Of a DNA stretch of 64,000 nt, positions 26,700-39,899 are shown in pieces. The stretch's first letter is position 1, and every line of letters begins with the position of its first letter. The DNA is from Eledone cirrhosa (lineage: Eukaryota), in the NCBI GenBank assembly GCA_964016885.1, contig OZ024760.1, positions 28,768,001-28,832,000 on the forward strand. Reading direction: 5' to 3'. The notes below the pieces were generated by a model. It did not search any database. It worked only from the letters and a program-made list of their open reading frames with translations, and was not told the DNA's origin. The translations under genes were made by a program, and so were the position numbers.

Positions 26700-27860
26700 A
26701 TGTATTTATGTATATTCTTCTGGTTTTATAATTTCACAAATTTTTTCCCAATAGAGAGAGAGTCGGTTTCTAACATAGACACAAGACTCTCTCATTGGAA
26801 TTTACACAACATCAACTAGGTAGATATGTATGTATGCATGCATGTGTAGATATGGATGTTATTGTATGTGTGGATGTGGATGTTTTGAGTTGTATGTGTG
26901 CATGTGTATATGCTTTGTATCTGTACATGTGTATATGCAGTTATTAGATGCAAAATGTTTGGAATGTTTTACATAATTTTACTGTTCCATTAAGGGATTG
27001 TACTTGTAGTTTCCTAACTAGTTGTGTTCTTTCTGTTCCTGTGAAGCCTAGCTTCTCAAGATTTGTAATGAGGAAGTTACTAACATACCCCAGTGCCCCA
27101 ATAATCACAGGTATAAATCTGAAGGTATAATCAGGGTGGCATATCTGCAGATTTCTCATCAGTTCTGCATAAATATTCTCCTTTTCACTAATCTTTGATA
27201 TTATACTGCCATCTGCTGGGCAGCTAATTTCCACTACTGCGCATGTTTTCTTCTCCCTGTCCCATATCATAATATCTGGTCTGTTATGCCTGCATTTTAT
27301 TGGGTTTTTACTGGAACATTCCACCAGTACTCTTTCATATTATGTACATGGATGTCTTCCACATTGCTGTAGCTTTTAATGTGTTTATTAATGGGGCTAT
27401 CTTTTTTACGGTTTGCATTGTACCGTGTTTTGGCCACTACATCATGCCTCATATGTAGATAGTACCGCGATGACATCTTTGGACAGCTGCTGATGACATT
27501 GGTGATATCCTCGATGTTAGTTCTGCAGAGTCTGCACTTGTTATCACATCTAGGTATTTTGCCTGCATCCCTATCTCTTTTGTGAACCAGGTATTCCGTG
27601 TTAGTCTCCTGTTTCTGGATTGTAAAAGCGTATCCTTCAAAGTGGGAGCCAATATAGCGGTTGTTGGTCCAAGATAGACTACTTCCTTATCTATACTACT
27701 CTCACTCTGGAGCTTCCTGGCAACATATCCATGCATGATTTTTTTGCTGATAGGCATGCAGTTTTTCATCCATGGATTCACTGCGATACTGCTGAGTGAC
27801 TTCCCTGGGTGTGAGTTTTTGATTATCACACATGGAATATCTCTCGATGATGACATGGGT
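26700..27860 (-). mobile_element. degenerate 3' part of an R4/Dong-like non-LTR element (zinc knuckle and REL endonuclease)
   Basis: Minus frames give CRLCRTNIEDITNVISSC...RHDVVAK and HNRPDIMIWD...VVEISCP...KENIY...IPVIIGALG. Confidence 0.85.
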
Positions 27861-28622
27861 GACACAAAAGTGGGTGACACATACATACTTACATACACAC
27901 ACACATACATACATACACACACACACATACACACTTACATATACACACACATACATACACACATACTCACTTACACACACACATACATAAATATATACAC
28001 ACACACACACATATATATATATACACAGTTCAAGAGTAACCAATCTTAAAGAGAAAGATGGAGATAGGAGAGGAGATATGAGAGGAGAGATTGGTGAGTT
28101 AGTTAGAAGCCAAAGCGTAAAGGCATGTGCTCAATGTGCAATATGCAGTAGAAAGCAGCTAGGTGGCTGGGTTCATGCAGAAGTTAGGTGCGCAGAGCTG
28201 GAAATATTCATTAGTTAAGCAAAACAAGGCCACAAACTTCACAAGGAAGACATTATTAAAAGATTGTCAACATATTTTAGTTTGATGTAAGGAATGTAGA
28301 GAATAATAATAATAATAATAATAATGTCCGTTTACAATTGTTTCGCTACTCCATATAATATTTCTGGATCATATGATTATATAACATAATTGATCTGGTT
28401 CAGTTGAAAATAATTAACATATTTAAAAAATATATAAATATATATATATTTTTTTTTTACTTGGACTTCCTTTATTTCTGTATCTATCCTTTGTGATCCT
28501 GTCTCTATTTTTGTACTCCTGAAGAAGGGCTAAAGCCCAACATGTCAATCTCTCTTTCCCCTTTTCCATATAAAGAGTGAAACTAATAAGACTTTTGTAC
28601 CTTTGTTTGTTGTTTCCTTGAA

Positions 28623-28687
<65 letters not shown>

Positions 28688-28789
28688 GATTTTGAGTATA
28701 TGTTGGTTGTATACCAACACCTCAGTATGCAGGCTGGAGCACTCGACGAAGTGCACAGGTTGGTTTGGTTACTCTGGAGTAATGTAAAA

Positions 28790-29250
28790 TAAAGTTAAAT
28801 AAAAGTCAAATGTTTAAAATTTAGCTTTGTTTATTACTGCTATATATATTTCAGTGACAGCCATCTTTGGCTGTGACCTCTTCAGGCAGTCTGAATTAGT
28901 GTGGTATAGACAAGTACATATGTTGTTGAGGTGTATAATTTTGTCAATACTCTGATATGTCCAGTTCCTGGTTGGGTTGTTATTTCACTGAGGAACTGGA
29001 ATCGTCCAGTCCTGGTTGGGTTGTTATTTCACTGAGGAACTGGAATCATATGATTCCAGTTCCTCAGTGAAATAACAACCCAACCAGGAACTGGACATAT
29101 CAGAGTATTGACAAAATTATACACCTCAACAACATATGTACTTGTCTATATTCAGACTGCCTGAAGAGGTCACAGCCAAAGATGGCTGTCACCGAAATAT
29201 ATATAGCAGTAATAAACAAAGCTAAATTTTAAACATTTGACTTTTATTTT

Positions 29251-29256
<6 letters not shown>
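28790..29256. repeat. spacer-less palindrome centred at 29049/29050, Penelope pLTR-like
   Basis: Arms are reverse complements meeting at GGAATCAT|ATGATTCC; left arm has an extra ~44 bp tandem duplication; one hammerhead per arm. Confidence 0.92.
29156..29210 (+). ncRNA. minimal type I hammerhead (mirror copy on - at 28836-28890)
   Basis: ACTGC-CTGAAGA-GGTCACAGCC(AAAGAT)GGCTGTCACC-GAAA-TATATA-TA-GCAGT; perfect stem I, palindromic stem III. Confidence 0.88.
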
Positions 29257-29297
<41 letters not shown>

Positions 29298-29735
29298 TTC
29301 AAGGAAATGAAACTGGAAGGCCAATATATATGTACATGTGTGTATGTATATATATAAATGTGTGTGTAGATATATATATATATATATGTATGTGTGTGTA
29401 TATATATATAAATGTGTGTGTAGATATATATATATATATGTATGTATATGTAGATATATATATACATATTTATTTATATATATATATGTATGTATATGTA
29501 ATATATATACGTATATATATATATATATATATATATGCATGTGTGTGTGCCTGTTTTGTCAGGTAACATATAGCAACCAGTAAAATATATCTACACAGAT
29601 TTACCTGTGTTTAATGGTAGCATTTCTACCTGTCAAGTATAAAGGTGTGGGTTTTAGAACCACAGGTGCTAATGTTCATTTTAAGGAGCCCTTTATGCCC
29701 TATTTTTAGACTATTATTTCCATTATGTCCTATTT

Positions 29736-30678
29736 TCTATATAATACTAAAAGCCTGTGATTGCCTGCTTGTCTGTAATGTAATACAGCCAAAAGGGCGC
29801 ATAATGGGAAAATACTTTGAAAGGAGGTTGACCCTGAAATGGGGACACAAATAGAATAAATCAAGTTTCGCGTAAATCGGAGCATGGGTTCCCGAGATAC
29901 GGGATTTTCTGGGTACCTTCATAATCAGAGAGAGAGAAGGATAGAGAGAAAGAGATAGTGGTTGTGAGAGAGTAGATTGAAAGAGAGAGAGAGGAAGAAT
30001 GGAAAAGAGAGAGCTGGTGGTGTTGTATATATATGTCTGTATATATGTGAGTGTGTATGTGTGTATATATATGTCTGTATATATGTGAGTGTGTATGTGT
30101 GTATATATATGTCTGTATATATGTGAGGTTGTATGTGTGTATATATATATGTCTGTATATATGTGAGTGTGTGTGTGTATATATATGTCTGTATATATGA
30201 GTGTGTGTGTGTGTATATATGTCTGTATATATGTGAGTGTGTGTGTATATATATGTCTGTATATATGTGAGTGTGAGTGTGTATATATATGTCTGTATAT
30301 ATGTGAGTGTGTGTGTGTGTATATATGTGAGTGTATATATATATATGTCTGTATATATGTGTGTGTATATATATATGTCTGTATATATATATATGTCTGT
30401 ATATATGTGAGTGTGTGTGTATATATATGTCTGTATATATGTGAGTGTGTATGTGTGTATATATATGTGTGTATGTGAGTGTGTGTGTGTATATATATGT
30501 ATGTGTGTCTATGACCAGTGTATATAGATCAGACACCCACATATGGGCCTTCCAGTTTCATTCCACATTATATACATGTCTGTGTATATTTTAAATATTT
30601 TAAAATTATTTTTAAGTAAACGTGATTTAAAAAAATATTTCGAAATGAAGGTGACCCAACGGGTCACGGGTGGTCTAG
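29736..30678 (+). mobile_element. non-autonomous Helitron containing a microsatellite
   Basis: 5' TC(TATATAATACTAAAAG); 3' hairpin GTGACCC-AAC-GGGTCAC (30651-30667) followed by CTAG|T; the 5' flank is T rather than the usual A. Confidence 0.75.
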
Positions 30679-30714
30679 TTAGGGCTATTTTTCTACAACC
30701 CAAAAGTTTGTTGA

Positions 30715-31075
30715 AGGCCCTGTCTTAAGACTATCTTAAGGCTCTGTTTTAAGGCTCTGTTTTAAGGCCCTGTCTTAAGGCCCTATCTTAAGGCCCTATC
30801 TTAAGGCTCTATCTTAAAGTCCTATCTTAAGGCTCTGTCTTAAGGCCCTATCTTAAGGCTCTATCTTAAAGTCCTATCTTAAAGTCCTATCTTAAGGCCC
30901 TATCTTAAGGCCCTGTCTTAAGGCCCTATCTTAAGGCTCTATCTTAAAACCATATCTTAAAGCCCTATCTTAAGGCCCTATCTTAAGGCCCTATCTTATG
31001 GCCCTATCTTATGGCCCTATCTTAAGGCTCTGTCTTAAAGCCCTATCTTATGGCCCTATTTTAAAGTCCTATCTT
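30715..31075. repeat. 13 bp minisatellite
   Basis: TAAGGCCCTATCT units. Confidence 0.95.
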
Positions 31076-31621
31076 TCTCATGAATTATGTCAGAAATATT
31101 GAAGTAGTTTATTTCAGATGTAATATTCCTCACTTTTGTTATTTTATCTTTTTTAGGTGAGTAAAATATTTGTTGGATTACTGTGGAGGTTTTGTTTAGG
31201 ATTTTACATTTGATATAAGGTAAAGTATTGGTTCTAGTTTCTGTTGGTTGTTGCTACCACCACCACCACCACCACCACTGTCACCACCACCACCACCACT
31301 GTCCCCACCACCACCACCACCACCACCACTGTCACCACCACCACCACCACTGTCACCACCACCACCACCACCACCACTGTCACCACCACCACCACCACCA
31401 CCACCACCACCACTGTCACTACCACCATCACTGTCACCACCACCACCACTGTCACCACCACTGTCACCACCACTGTCACCACCACCACCACTGACACCAC
31501 CACCACCACTGACACCACCACCACCACTGTCACCACCACCACCACCACCACCACCACTGTCACCACCACCACCACCACTGTCATCACCACACACACACAC
31601 ACACTCTCTCACACACACACA

Positions 31622-31667
<46 letters not shown>

Positions 31668-31769
31668 CTCTCTCTCACACGCACACACACGCACACACAC
31701 ACTCACACACACACTCTCACACACACTCTCACACACACTCTCACACACACACACACTCTCACACACACA

Positions 31770-31843
<74 letters not shown>

Positions 31844-32192
31844 CGCACACACACGTGTACAACTTTATCTTCTAAATCCATTTTACATTTAGAAAATGTC
31901 ACAACTTTGATGGTATCTCATGTTTTTTTATTTCTTCATTCGTTTATTTATTTAATCAATTTAAACGTCCGTATAGAGCTAGTAAGCTATGACAGACTAG
32001 GGAGGGGGAGGTATTGAGTACTTCTTACTGTTGAGAGACAAGAGACGTCCGTATAGAGCTAGTAAGCCATGGCATGGGTGTGTATGTATGTGTGTATGTA
32101 TTTATGTATGTATGTGTGTATGTATACATGTATGTACATATATATGTGTGTATGTACATATGTATATATGTGTGTATATATGTACATATGTA

Positions 32193-32245
<53 letters not shown>

Positions 32246-32280
32246 AACGTGCTGCGGGGTTGCTAATGGGTTACATATGA

Positions 32281-33195
32281 ATAAAGTTAGTCCTTCATCA
32301 GTGATCTTCCAACCATCATTGGTATTTCATCACTTTAAAGACCATATACCTCCGGTTGGTGCGAGCAACGGCTAAAAAAAGTCGTTGGGACACGGAAATA
32401 AAGGGGACACGAGTGTAAACAAACAAAAATGGTGAAGCAATGAAAAGTGAGGAAGAAGGAGTCAAGTCCCAAATTTCTATGAATTTAAATTCGGTGAAAT
32501 CGTGATTGAGAGAGAATAAAGACCATCAAACCTGGTTGAAATGTGAGCAAGGAAGGAATTTCGCACAGGTCTAACGGGAGGAAGAAGGGGTCTAGTCTGT
32601 GAATTCGGTGAACGTAAGTTCTGTGAAATCGTAGACGAGAGAGAGAAAAAATGCCGACCGGCCTGGCCAAGCGTGCGAAAGAAAAGAACCCTCTCTAGCA
32701 GTCACTCTCTCTGTTAGCCTCTTCCTCACCCTTCACTCACTCATTCTCCGTTACTACCTCTCCTCCTCCTCCTTCCCGTTTGACCTGTGCGTAATTCTTT
32801 TCTTTCGCACGCTTGGCCAGGCCGGTCGACATTTTTTCTCTCTCTCGTCTACGATTTCACAGAACTTATGTTTACCGAATTCACAGACTAGACCCCTTCT
32901 TCCTCCCGTTAGACCTGTACGGAATTCCTTCCTTGCTCACATTCCAACCAGGTTTGATGGTCTTTATTCTCTCTCATTCACGATTTCACCGAATTTAAAT
33001 TCATAGAAATTTGGCACTTGACTCCTTCTTCCTCACTTTTCGTTGCTTAACCATTTTTGTTTGTTTACACTTGTGTCCCCTTTATTTCCGTGTCCCAACG
33101 ACTTTTTTTAGCCGTTGCTCGCACCAACCGGAGGTATATGGTCTTTAAAGCGATGAAATACCAATGATGGTTGGAAGATCACTGATGAAAGACTA

Positions 33196-33202
<7 letters not shown>
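32281..33202. repeat. long inverted repeat (~408 bp arms, ~105 bp spacer)
   Basis: 32281-32688 is the reverse complement of 32794-33202; twin ORFs 32485..32670(-) and 32813..32998(+) reflect this. Confidence 0.92.
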
Positions 33203-33262
<60 letters not shown>

Positions 33263-33321
33263 GAAAGGTATAGAAAATACTGCAGCGAAAAGCCAACAGC
33301 ACAGTGTGTTAGTGTGTGTGA

Positions 33322-33359
<38 letters not shown>

Positions 33360-33371
33360 TCACACACACTA

Positions 33372-33404
<33 letters not shown>

Positions 33405-33546
33405 CATATAAGCAGGAGGGATATTCAATTTGTTGGTAATTCAACAAATATAACTGTTTATAACTGATTCAGAGCACTCAACAGATTTCTGGAGTATATA
33501 TACAATGATATTAAATAAATGGAAACTATATTTATAAAACCATATT

Positions 33547-33608
33547 TATTCTATTATATATGTTTCAAGGGTACCAAAAATTTTGGTACGCTTTCATCAG
33601 ATAAAATA
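33547..33608 (-). ncRNA. type I hammerhead, slightly degenerate
   Basis: TATTTTAT-CTGATGA-AAGCGTACCAAAA-T-TTTTGGTACCCTT-GAAA-CATATA-TA-ATAGAATA; one mismatch in stem III. Confidence 0.65.
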
Positions 33609-33835
33609 CGAAGTGTGTTTTATAAATTTTGACATAACCAAGGACTATCCTTGTCGTTACATGGTATCATGGGCCCACTACTATGTGTCAATAATTGTCA
33701 CAAGTGTAGTGTTTGTACCAGAGTTTTCAAGTCGCTGGCTGGACTAAAAAGTCACACTCGTTCAGCGCATCGGTAGGGGTTCTCCTACATGGATATAAAG
33801 TAGTGGCCGTACTCGAAAACGAGTTGGCAGCCACC

Positions 33836-33912
<77 letters not shown>

Positions 33913-34017
33913 TATATGTATGTATATATGTATGTATATATGTATATGTATATATGTATGTATGTATATTTGTATATATATATTTGTATATATATATTTG
34001 TATATATATATATGTAT

Positions 34018-34055
<38 letters not shown>

Positions 34056-34064
34056 GTATGTATG

Positions 34065-34093
<29 letters not shown>

Positions 34094-34095
<2 letters not shown>

Positions 34096-34505
34096 GACTT
34101 GGGCTTTGGTGTTGGTGTAGAGCAGTGATATCAGGTCCACTATCCTCTTGGGGATTCCAGAAACCTGTAAGATCTTCATCAGGCAGTGACGGCCCACAGA
34201 ATCAAAGCCTAAGTCATTACACATGATGGGATGACAGAGTTCTTTGAGATACTGGCTGGAGTGCACCAGGGAGATACATAGGCTCCCTACCTTTTTATCA
34301 TCGTAGTGGACTATTGTATGTGCCTTGCACTGGACAAACACCAGGACTCTGGCTTTACTGTAGCACCGGCTCAGAGCAGGAGAGTTAAGGCGAAAAAGAC
34401 ATCGGATGCTGAATTTGCCGACGACATAGTTTTGGTGACAAATACAGTGAAGGAGGCAGAGGATTTGATGCAGGAGGTTGAGACTGTGTCAGCGATAATG
34501 GATCT
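34094..34505. mobile_element. LINE RT fragment with its upstream part inverted
   Basis: Minus 34094-34210 gives [37 protein letters not shown]; plus 34211-34505 gives [29 protein letters not shown]...EFADDIVL. Confidence 0.8.
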
Positions 34506-34708
34506 CGGGAATTTTACCCGCCCTAGAATATATATATATATATTTATATAGTATTTACGTATCGAGAAAGAGAAAAAAAGGGGGGATAGGTGATACATAT
34601 AGTTATTTGCCAAGTAGCGTATGCCAAAGGTGCTCGATACTAGTGCCGGCAGTATTAAATATTCGAAGTGTTAATATTTAGTGGGCTAGAGAGTTAGCAG
34701 AGCGTAAG

Positions 34709-36070
34709 CACGTGGGAAAGTAAAAAATCGGAGAATAGACCGTTAAAACATGTTTATTTAAAATATCACCTACGTACGTTTCGCCCAGTTGGGCTTCTCA
34801 AGGGCATAAATAATCACAAGTGTTCCTTATATTGCTCGGAAAGAATTTTTGGGGTTAAATCCACATCAAGGTTCATTGCTCGCAAAAATATCTTGTTTTG
34901 ATTTTGCAGCAGGTCAAGGGAGGTAACTCTGGCCGGTGTTAGGGCAGTCTTTCCCGGACAATTTTTTTTTTTTTTTTTTTTTTTTTGCCGCATCCGTTTG
35001 TCTGAGGCTGGGTCTGGTATGCAAGGATTGTTTCTTGGGTGTTATTTTTCAGCGCCTGCCCGCCGGGGTGTTAAGACTTGTTGCAGGGAGATCCAGTGTA
35101 CTATTTGACTCTTCATCCTTAACCCATCTGAAGAAAGATATTTTTAAGCAATGTGTACAACTTATCGCTGTTTCAGCTCTGCTGTTGATGAGCTCGTGGG
35201 GTGCAGTTATGATGTGGTAGAGCTCCATGAGGCAAAGGTCGCATTTCCTCTTGAAGTTGTACGGTGCAGCCCTGCCGACAATCTCCCAGTGCGTAGAGAA
35301 GCTGATGTTTAAGTCCTTTAGTGATGTGATGTAGTCCGCGAGCGAAGTGGAGTGCCTTAGTTTGTTCGAAATGTGTTCGAAACCTAATTTTGAACGGGCC
35401 GGAGGTGGCCCCTATATAATGTTTAACGCTATTGTGGCTAGTAATAGTGCATCTATATATAACCCTATCAGTCAAGCAGTATCCTCTAAGGGGGCAGCAT
35501 CCTCTGTCGCGGCAGTTGCAATTTCTGTCGCGGTTCCGTCTATTTCCCACGGTAAGGCTATCATTGTTGCTGCCTACCACATCATAACTGCACCCCACGA
35601 GCTCATCAACAGCAGAGCTGAAACAGCGATAAGTTGTGCACATCGCTTAAAAATATCCTTCTTCAGATGGGTTAAGGATGAAGAGTGAAATAGTACACTG
35701 GATCTCCCTGCAACAAGTCTTAACACCCCGGCGGGCAGGCACTGCAAAATAACACCCAGGAAACAATCCTTGCATACCAGACCCAGCCTCAGACAAACGG
35801 ATGCGGCAAAAAAAAAAAATTGTCCGGGAAAGACTGCCCTAACACCGGCCAGAGTTACCTCCCTTGACCTGCTGCAAAATCAAAACAAGATATTTTTGCG
35901 AGCAATGAACCTTGATGTGGATTTAACCCCAAAAACTCTTTCCGAGCAATATAAGGAACACTTGTGATTATTTATGCCCTTGAGAAGCCCAACTGGGCGA
36001 AACGTATGTAGGTGATATTTTAAATAAACATGTTTTAACGGTCTATTCTCCGATTTTTTACTTTCCCACG
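34709..36070 (-). mobile_element. 5'-truncated Penelope-like element: GIY-YIG endonuclease fragment, pLTR and inverted pLTR
   Basis: Minus strand: CNCRDRGCCPLRGYCLTDRVIYRCTITSHNSVKHYIGATSGPFKIRFRTH, then after a frameshift HSTSLADYITSLK...WEIVGRAAPY...KCDLCLMELYHI...LINSRAE; arms ~34709-35220 and 35574-36070 are inverted copies. Confidence 0.9.
35973..36017 (+). ncRNA. variant hammerhead with U3-A8 core (mirror copy on - at 34764-34808)
   Basis: TATGCCC-TTGAGAA-GCCC(AACT)GGGC-GAAA-CGTA(C/T)G-TA-GGTGATA; stem I is weak. Confidence 0.55.
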
Positions 36071-36078
36071 TATATATT

Positions 36079-36147
<69 letters not shown>

Positions 36148-36254
36148 ATATATATTTATTTATATATATACGTATATATATATACGTATATATATATACG
36201 TGTATATATATACATATATATATATATTTATACATATATATATATATATATATT

Positions 36255-36285
<31 letters not shown>

Positions 36286-36409
36286 ATACATATATATATG
36301 TATATATACATACATATATATATGTATATATACATACATATATATATATATATATATACATACATATATATATGTATATATACATACATATATATATGTA
36401 TATATATAT

Positions 36410-36474
<65 letters not shown>

Positions 36475-37324
36475 CATATATATATATATATGTACATACA
36501 TATATATATATACATACACATATATATATATATCATCATCATCATCGTTTAACATCCATTTTCAACGCTAGCATGGGTCTGGACGGGAATTGTCCCACCT
36601 GAGGCAAGTTTGGTTGTCTTGCTCAGGACTGTCTGGCGGGTTTTCTACGGCTGCATGCCCTTCCTAACACCAACCACGTTTACAGTGTGGACTGGGAGGT
36701 TTTTACCGTGTTACCTACACGGCCACATTACAGCGTGGACTGTGTGTTTTATTGTCGTGACACCTACATGTCTGGCGGGTTTTCTACGGCTGGGTGCCCT
36801 TCCCAACACCAACCACGTTTACAGTGTGTACTGGGAGGTTTTTACTGTGTTACCTACACGGCCACTTTACAGAGTGGACTGTGTGTTCCTTTGTCGTGAC
36901 ACCTACACGACCTCATTTGTTTCAGACTGGATGTATATATAAATACATCATTTCATCATCATCATTTCATTTTACGTCCGCTTTTTCCCTACTTTTTCCT
37001 ATATACATATATATATACAAATATAAATTAGCGAGAATCGTATTTCGGCTTTGGAATTAGCTAAAAACAACTTCTGAGATGTGTGGCAAGCGCTCAATAA
37101 TTCTGACGAACCAGAGCTACAACATACGTTAAAGGCCAAACACACTGAGACGATGGTTAAACCGGACCCCTGGATGGTTGGTAAAATCCAGCATTTAGGT
37201 TTCTGCAACTCCTAAATCAAGTACTGTCCGCTTAGACAAATAATGTTAGGCTTCTGGTAAGATGATTGAACAAGGAAGTCACTTTATATATATACATATA
37301 TATATATATATATGTTTACATATA

Positions 37325-37359
<35 letters not shown>

Positions 37360-37362
37360 GTT

Positions 37363-37485
<123 letters not shown>

Positions 37486-37518
37486 GTTTATATATACATA
37501 TATATATATATATATGTT

Positions 37519-37735
<217 letters not shown>

Positions 37736-37758
37736 GTTTATATATATATATATATGTT

Positions 37759-37799
<41 letters not shown>

Positions 37800-37874
37800 A
37801 TACATACATACATATATATATATACATACATATATATATACATACGTATATATATATATATATACATACATATA

Positions 37875-38184
37875 TCATCATCATTTCATCATTTCATTTT
37901 ACGTCCACTTTTCCCTGCTTGCAAGGGTGGGACGGGAACTGATTCTGGCTTGATTTCTACAGCTGGATGCCCTTCCTAACACCAACCTCATTTACAGTGA
38001 GTGCTGGGTGCTTTTTTGCCGTGGCGCCTACACGTCCACTTTGCAGTGGAATGATATGGACCCCAGTCCCTATCATCTCATTTCTACAGCTGAGTAAACT
38101 GGAGCAATGTGAAATAAAGTGTCTTGCTCAAGGAAACAACACATCACCCGGTCTGAGAATTGAACTCACAACCTTTCGATTGCA
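37875..38184 (-). mobile_element. tRNA-derived SINE copy, head truncated
   Basis: Same family as 4225-4570. Confidence 0.88.
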
Positions 38185-38221
38185 TATGTATATATATATA
38201 TATATACATACATATATATAT

Positions 38222-38274
<53 letters not shown>

Positions 38275-38285
38275 CATATATATAT

Positions 38286-38358
<73 letters not shown>

Positions 38359-39084
38359 CATATATATATATATATACATACATACATATATACATATATA
38401 TATATATGTATGTATGTATGTATGTATATATATAGGCAACAGATTCTTGTAAATGGAAATGGCTGCCATGTTTGTAGAAGCAATTTAACAGAAAAATCTA
38501 CTGTGTGTCTTGTGTTGCCCATTAATTTATGGTTTGACATGTTTTAAGTGTTTGTTATGCACAGTTGCACTCACACTGCAGTGATGCTGCAGTCTCAAAC
38601 ATGTTGCATTCTTTAAACTATTGCAATTTGATATATCAGTAGCTTGTAGTGCTGGTCAAATTGTAAAATATGGTGTTGTTGGTGTTGTTGGTATTGGTGT
38701 TGCTGTTGTTGGTGTTGGTGTTGGTGTTGTTGGTGGTGGTGTTGTTGGTGGTGGTGCTGTTGGTGGTGGTGATGTTGGTGTTGCTGTTGTTGGTGGTGGT
38801 GTTGTTGGTGGTGGTGTTGTTGGTGGTGGTGCTGTTGGTGGTGGTGTTGTTGGTGGTGGTGTTGTTGGTGTTGTTGTTGGTGTTGTTGGTGGTGGTGATG
38901 TTGTTGGTGTTGTTGGTGGTGTGATGTTGTTGGTGTTGTTGTTGGTGCTGTTGTTGGTGTTGTTGGTGGTGGTGGTGGTGTTGTTGGTGTTGTAGTTGGT
39001 GGTGATGTTGTTGGTGTTGTTGGTACTGTTGTTGTTGTTTAGCTCCAGGTCAGATCTGATCAAAGGTTTTCAAGCCATGTCTTA

Positions 39085-39546
39085 GAGGCAGTTTCCTCTG
39101 TACAGTGGCTATAGTGAAAGAGGTTATATGGTGGACAAGATTGAGAGAACTGAGGACAGATGCCTTTCTCTCCGGACAACAACTCATTCCCTTCTTTAGG
39201 TACCACTTTAGAAGGAGAATCAGAGTGGAGAGAGAGGCACTGCACCCCAGTAAATTTACTGAAAGGTGGGTGAATGTGGCAAAAATGGCCCGAGTGTATA
39301 TAAACCTGTAGGTTGAAGTAGAGAGCAAAAAGAAGAAAGGAGCACTTGCACAGCACGCTTCTGGAGTTGAGGGTTGTTCTATCTATGGGGTATAAAACAA
39401 CCCATTTGTAACGCCTCCCCCCTATTGGGGATTTCGATTCTTGAATTTTTATGTTAAAATTTTTTACATAATTGTATGTAAAATCCCTGGCATATGTTCT
39501 TGTATTGTCCTCTTTTCTTGAGCGCCCTTGTGGCAAATAATGAAAT
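39085..39546 (+). mobile_element. probable L1/Tx1-type LINE ORF2 C-terminus and 3' UTR
   Basis: AIVKEVIWWTR...FFRYHFRRRIRVERE...KFTERW pattern (K..IW..R ... F..RW) resembles Tx1 C-termini; followed by a UTR with an A-rich end. Confidence 0.55.
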
Positions 39547-39899
39547 ATATCTATCTACCTACCTATCTCTCTATTTATATCTATCTATACCTATATCTAT
39601 CTATTTAACTATTTATCTATCTATCTATCATCATCAATTAATGTCCATCTTCCACGCTAGCATGGGTTAGACGGCTCCCATTTAAAAGTAAGTTGGGTCG
39701 GGTGACCATGTCTTCTTCAGGTGACTTCTTTCTCCACCCTCAAGTGAAACTTGAAAAACAACAACAATAATAATTAATTGTTTCTACTTTTGGCACAAGG
39801 CCATCAAATACCCAGTGTATTACTGGTACTTTATTTTATTGACCCCGTAAGGATGAAAGGCAAAGTTAACCTCAATGGGATTTGAACTCAGAATAAAAA

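Noticed and set aside
28514-28550. Hammerhead CTGAAGA-AGGGC(TAAA)GCCC-AA-CATG-TC
   Set aside because: GAAA is incomplete and stem I does not pair; at best a dead relic
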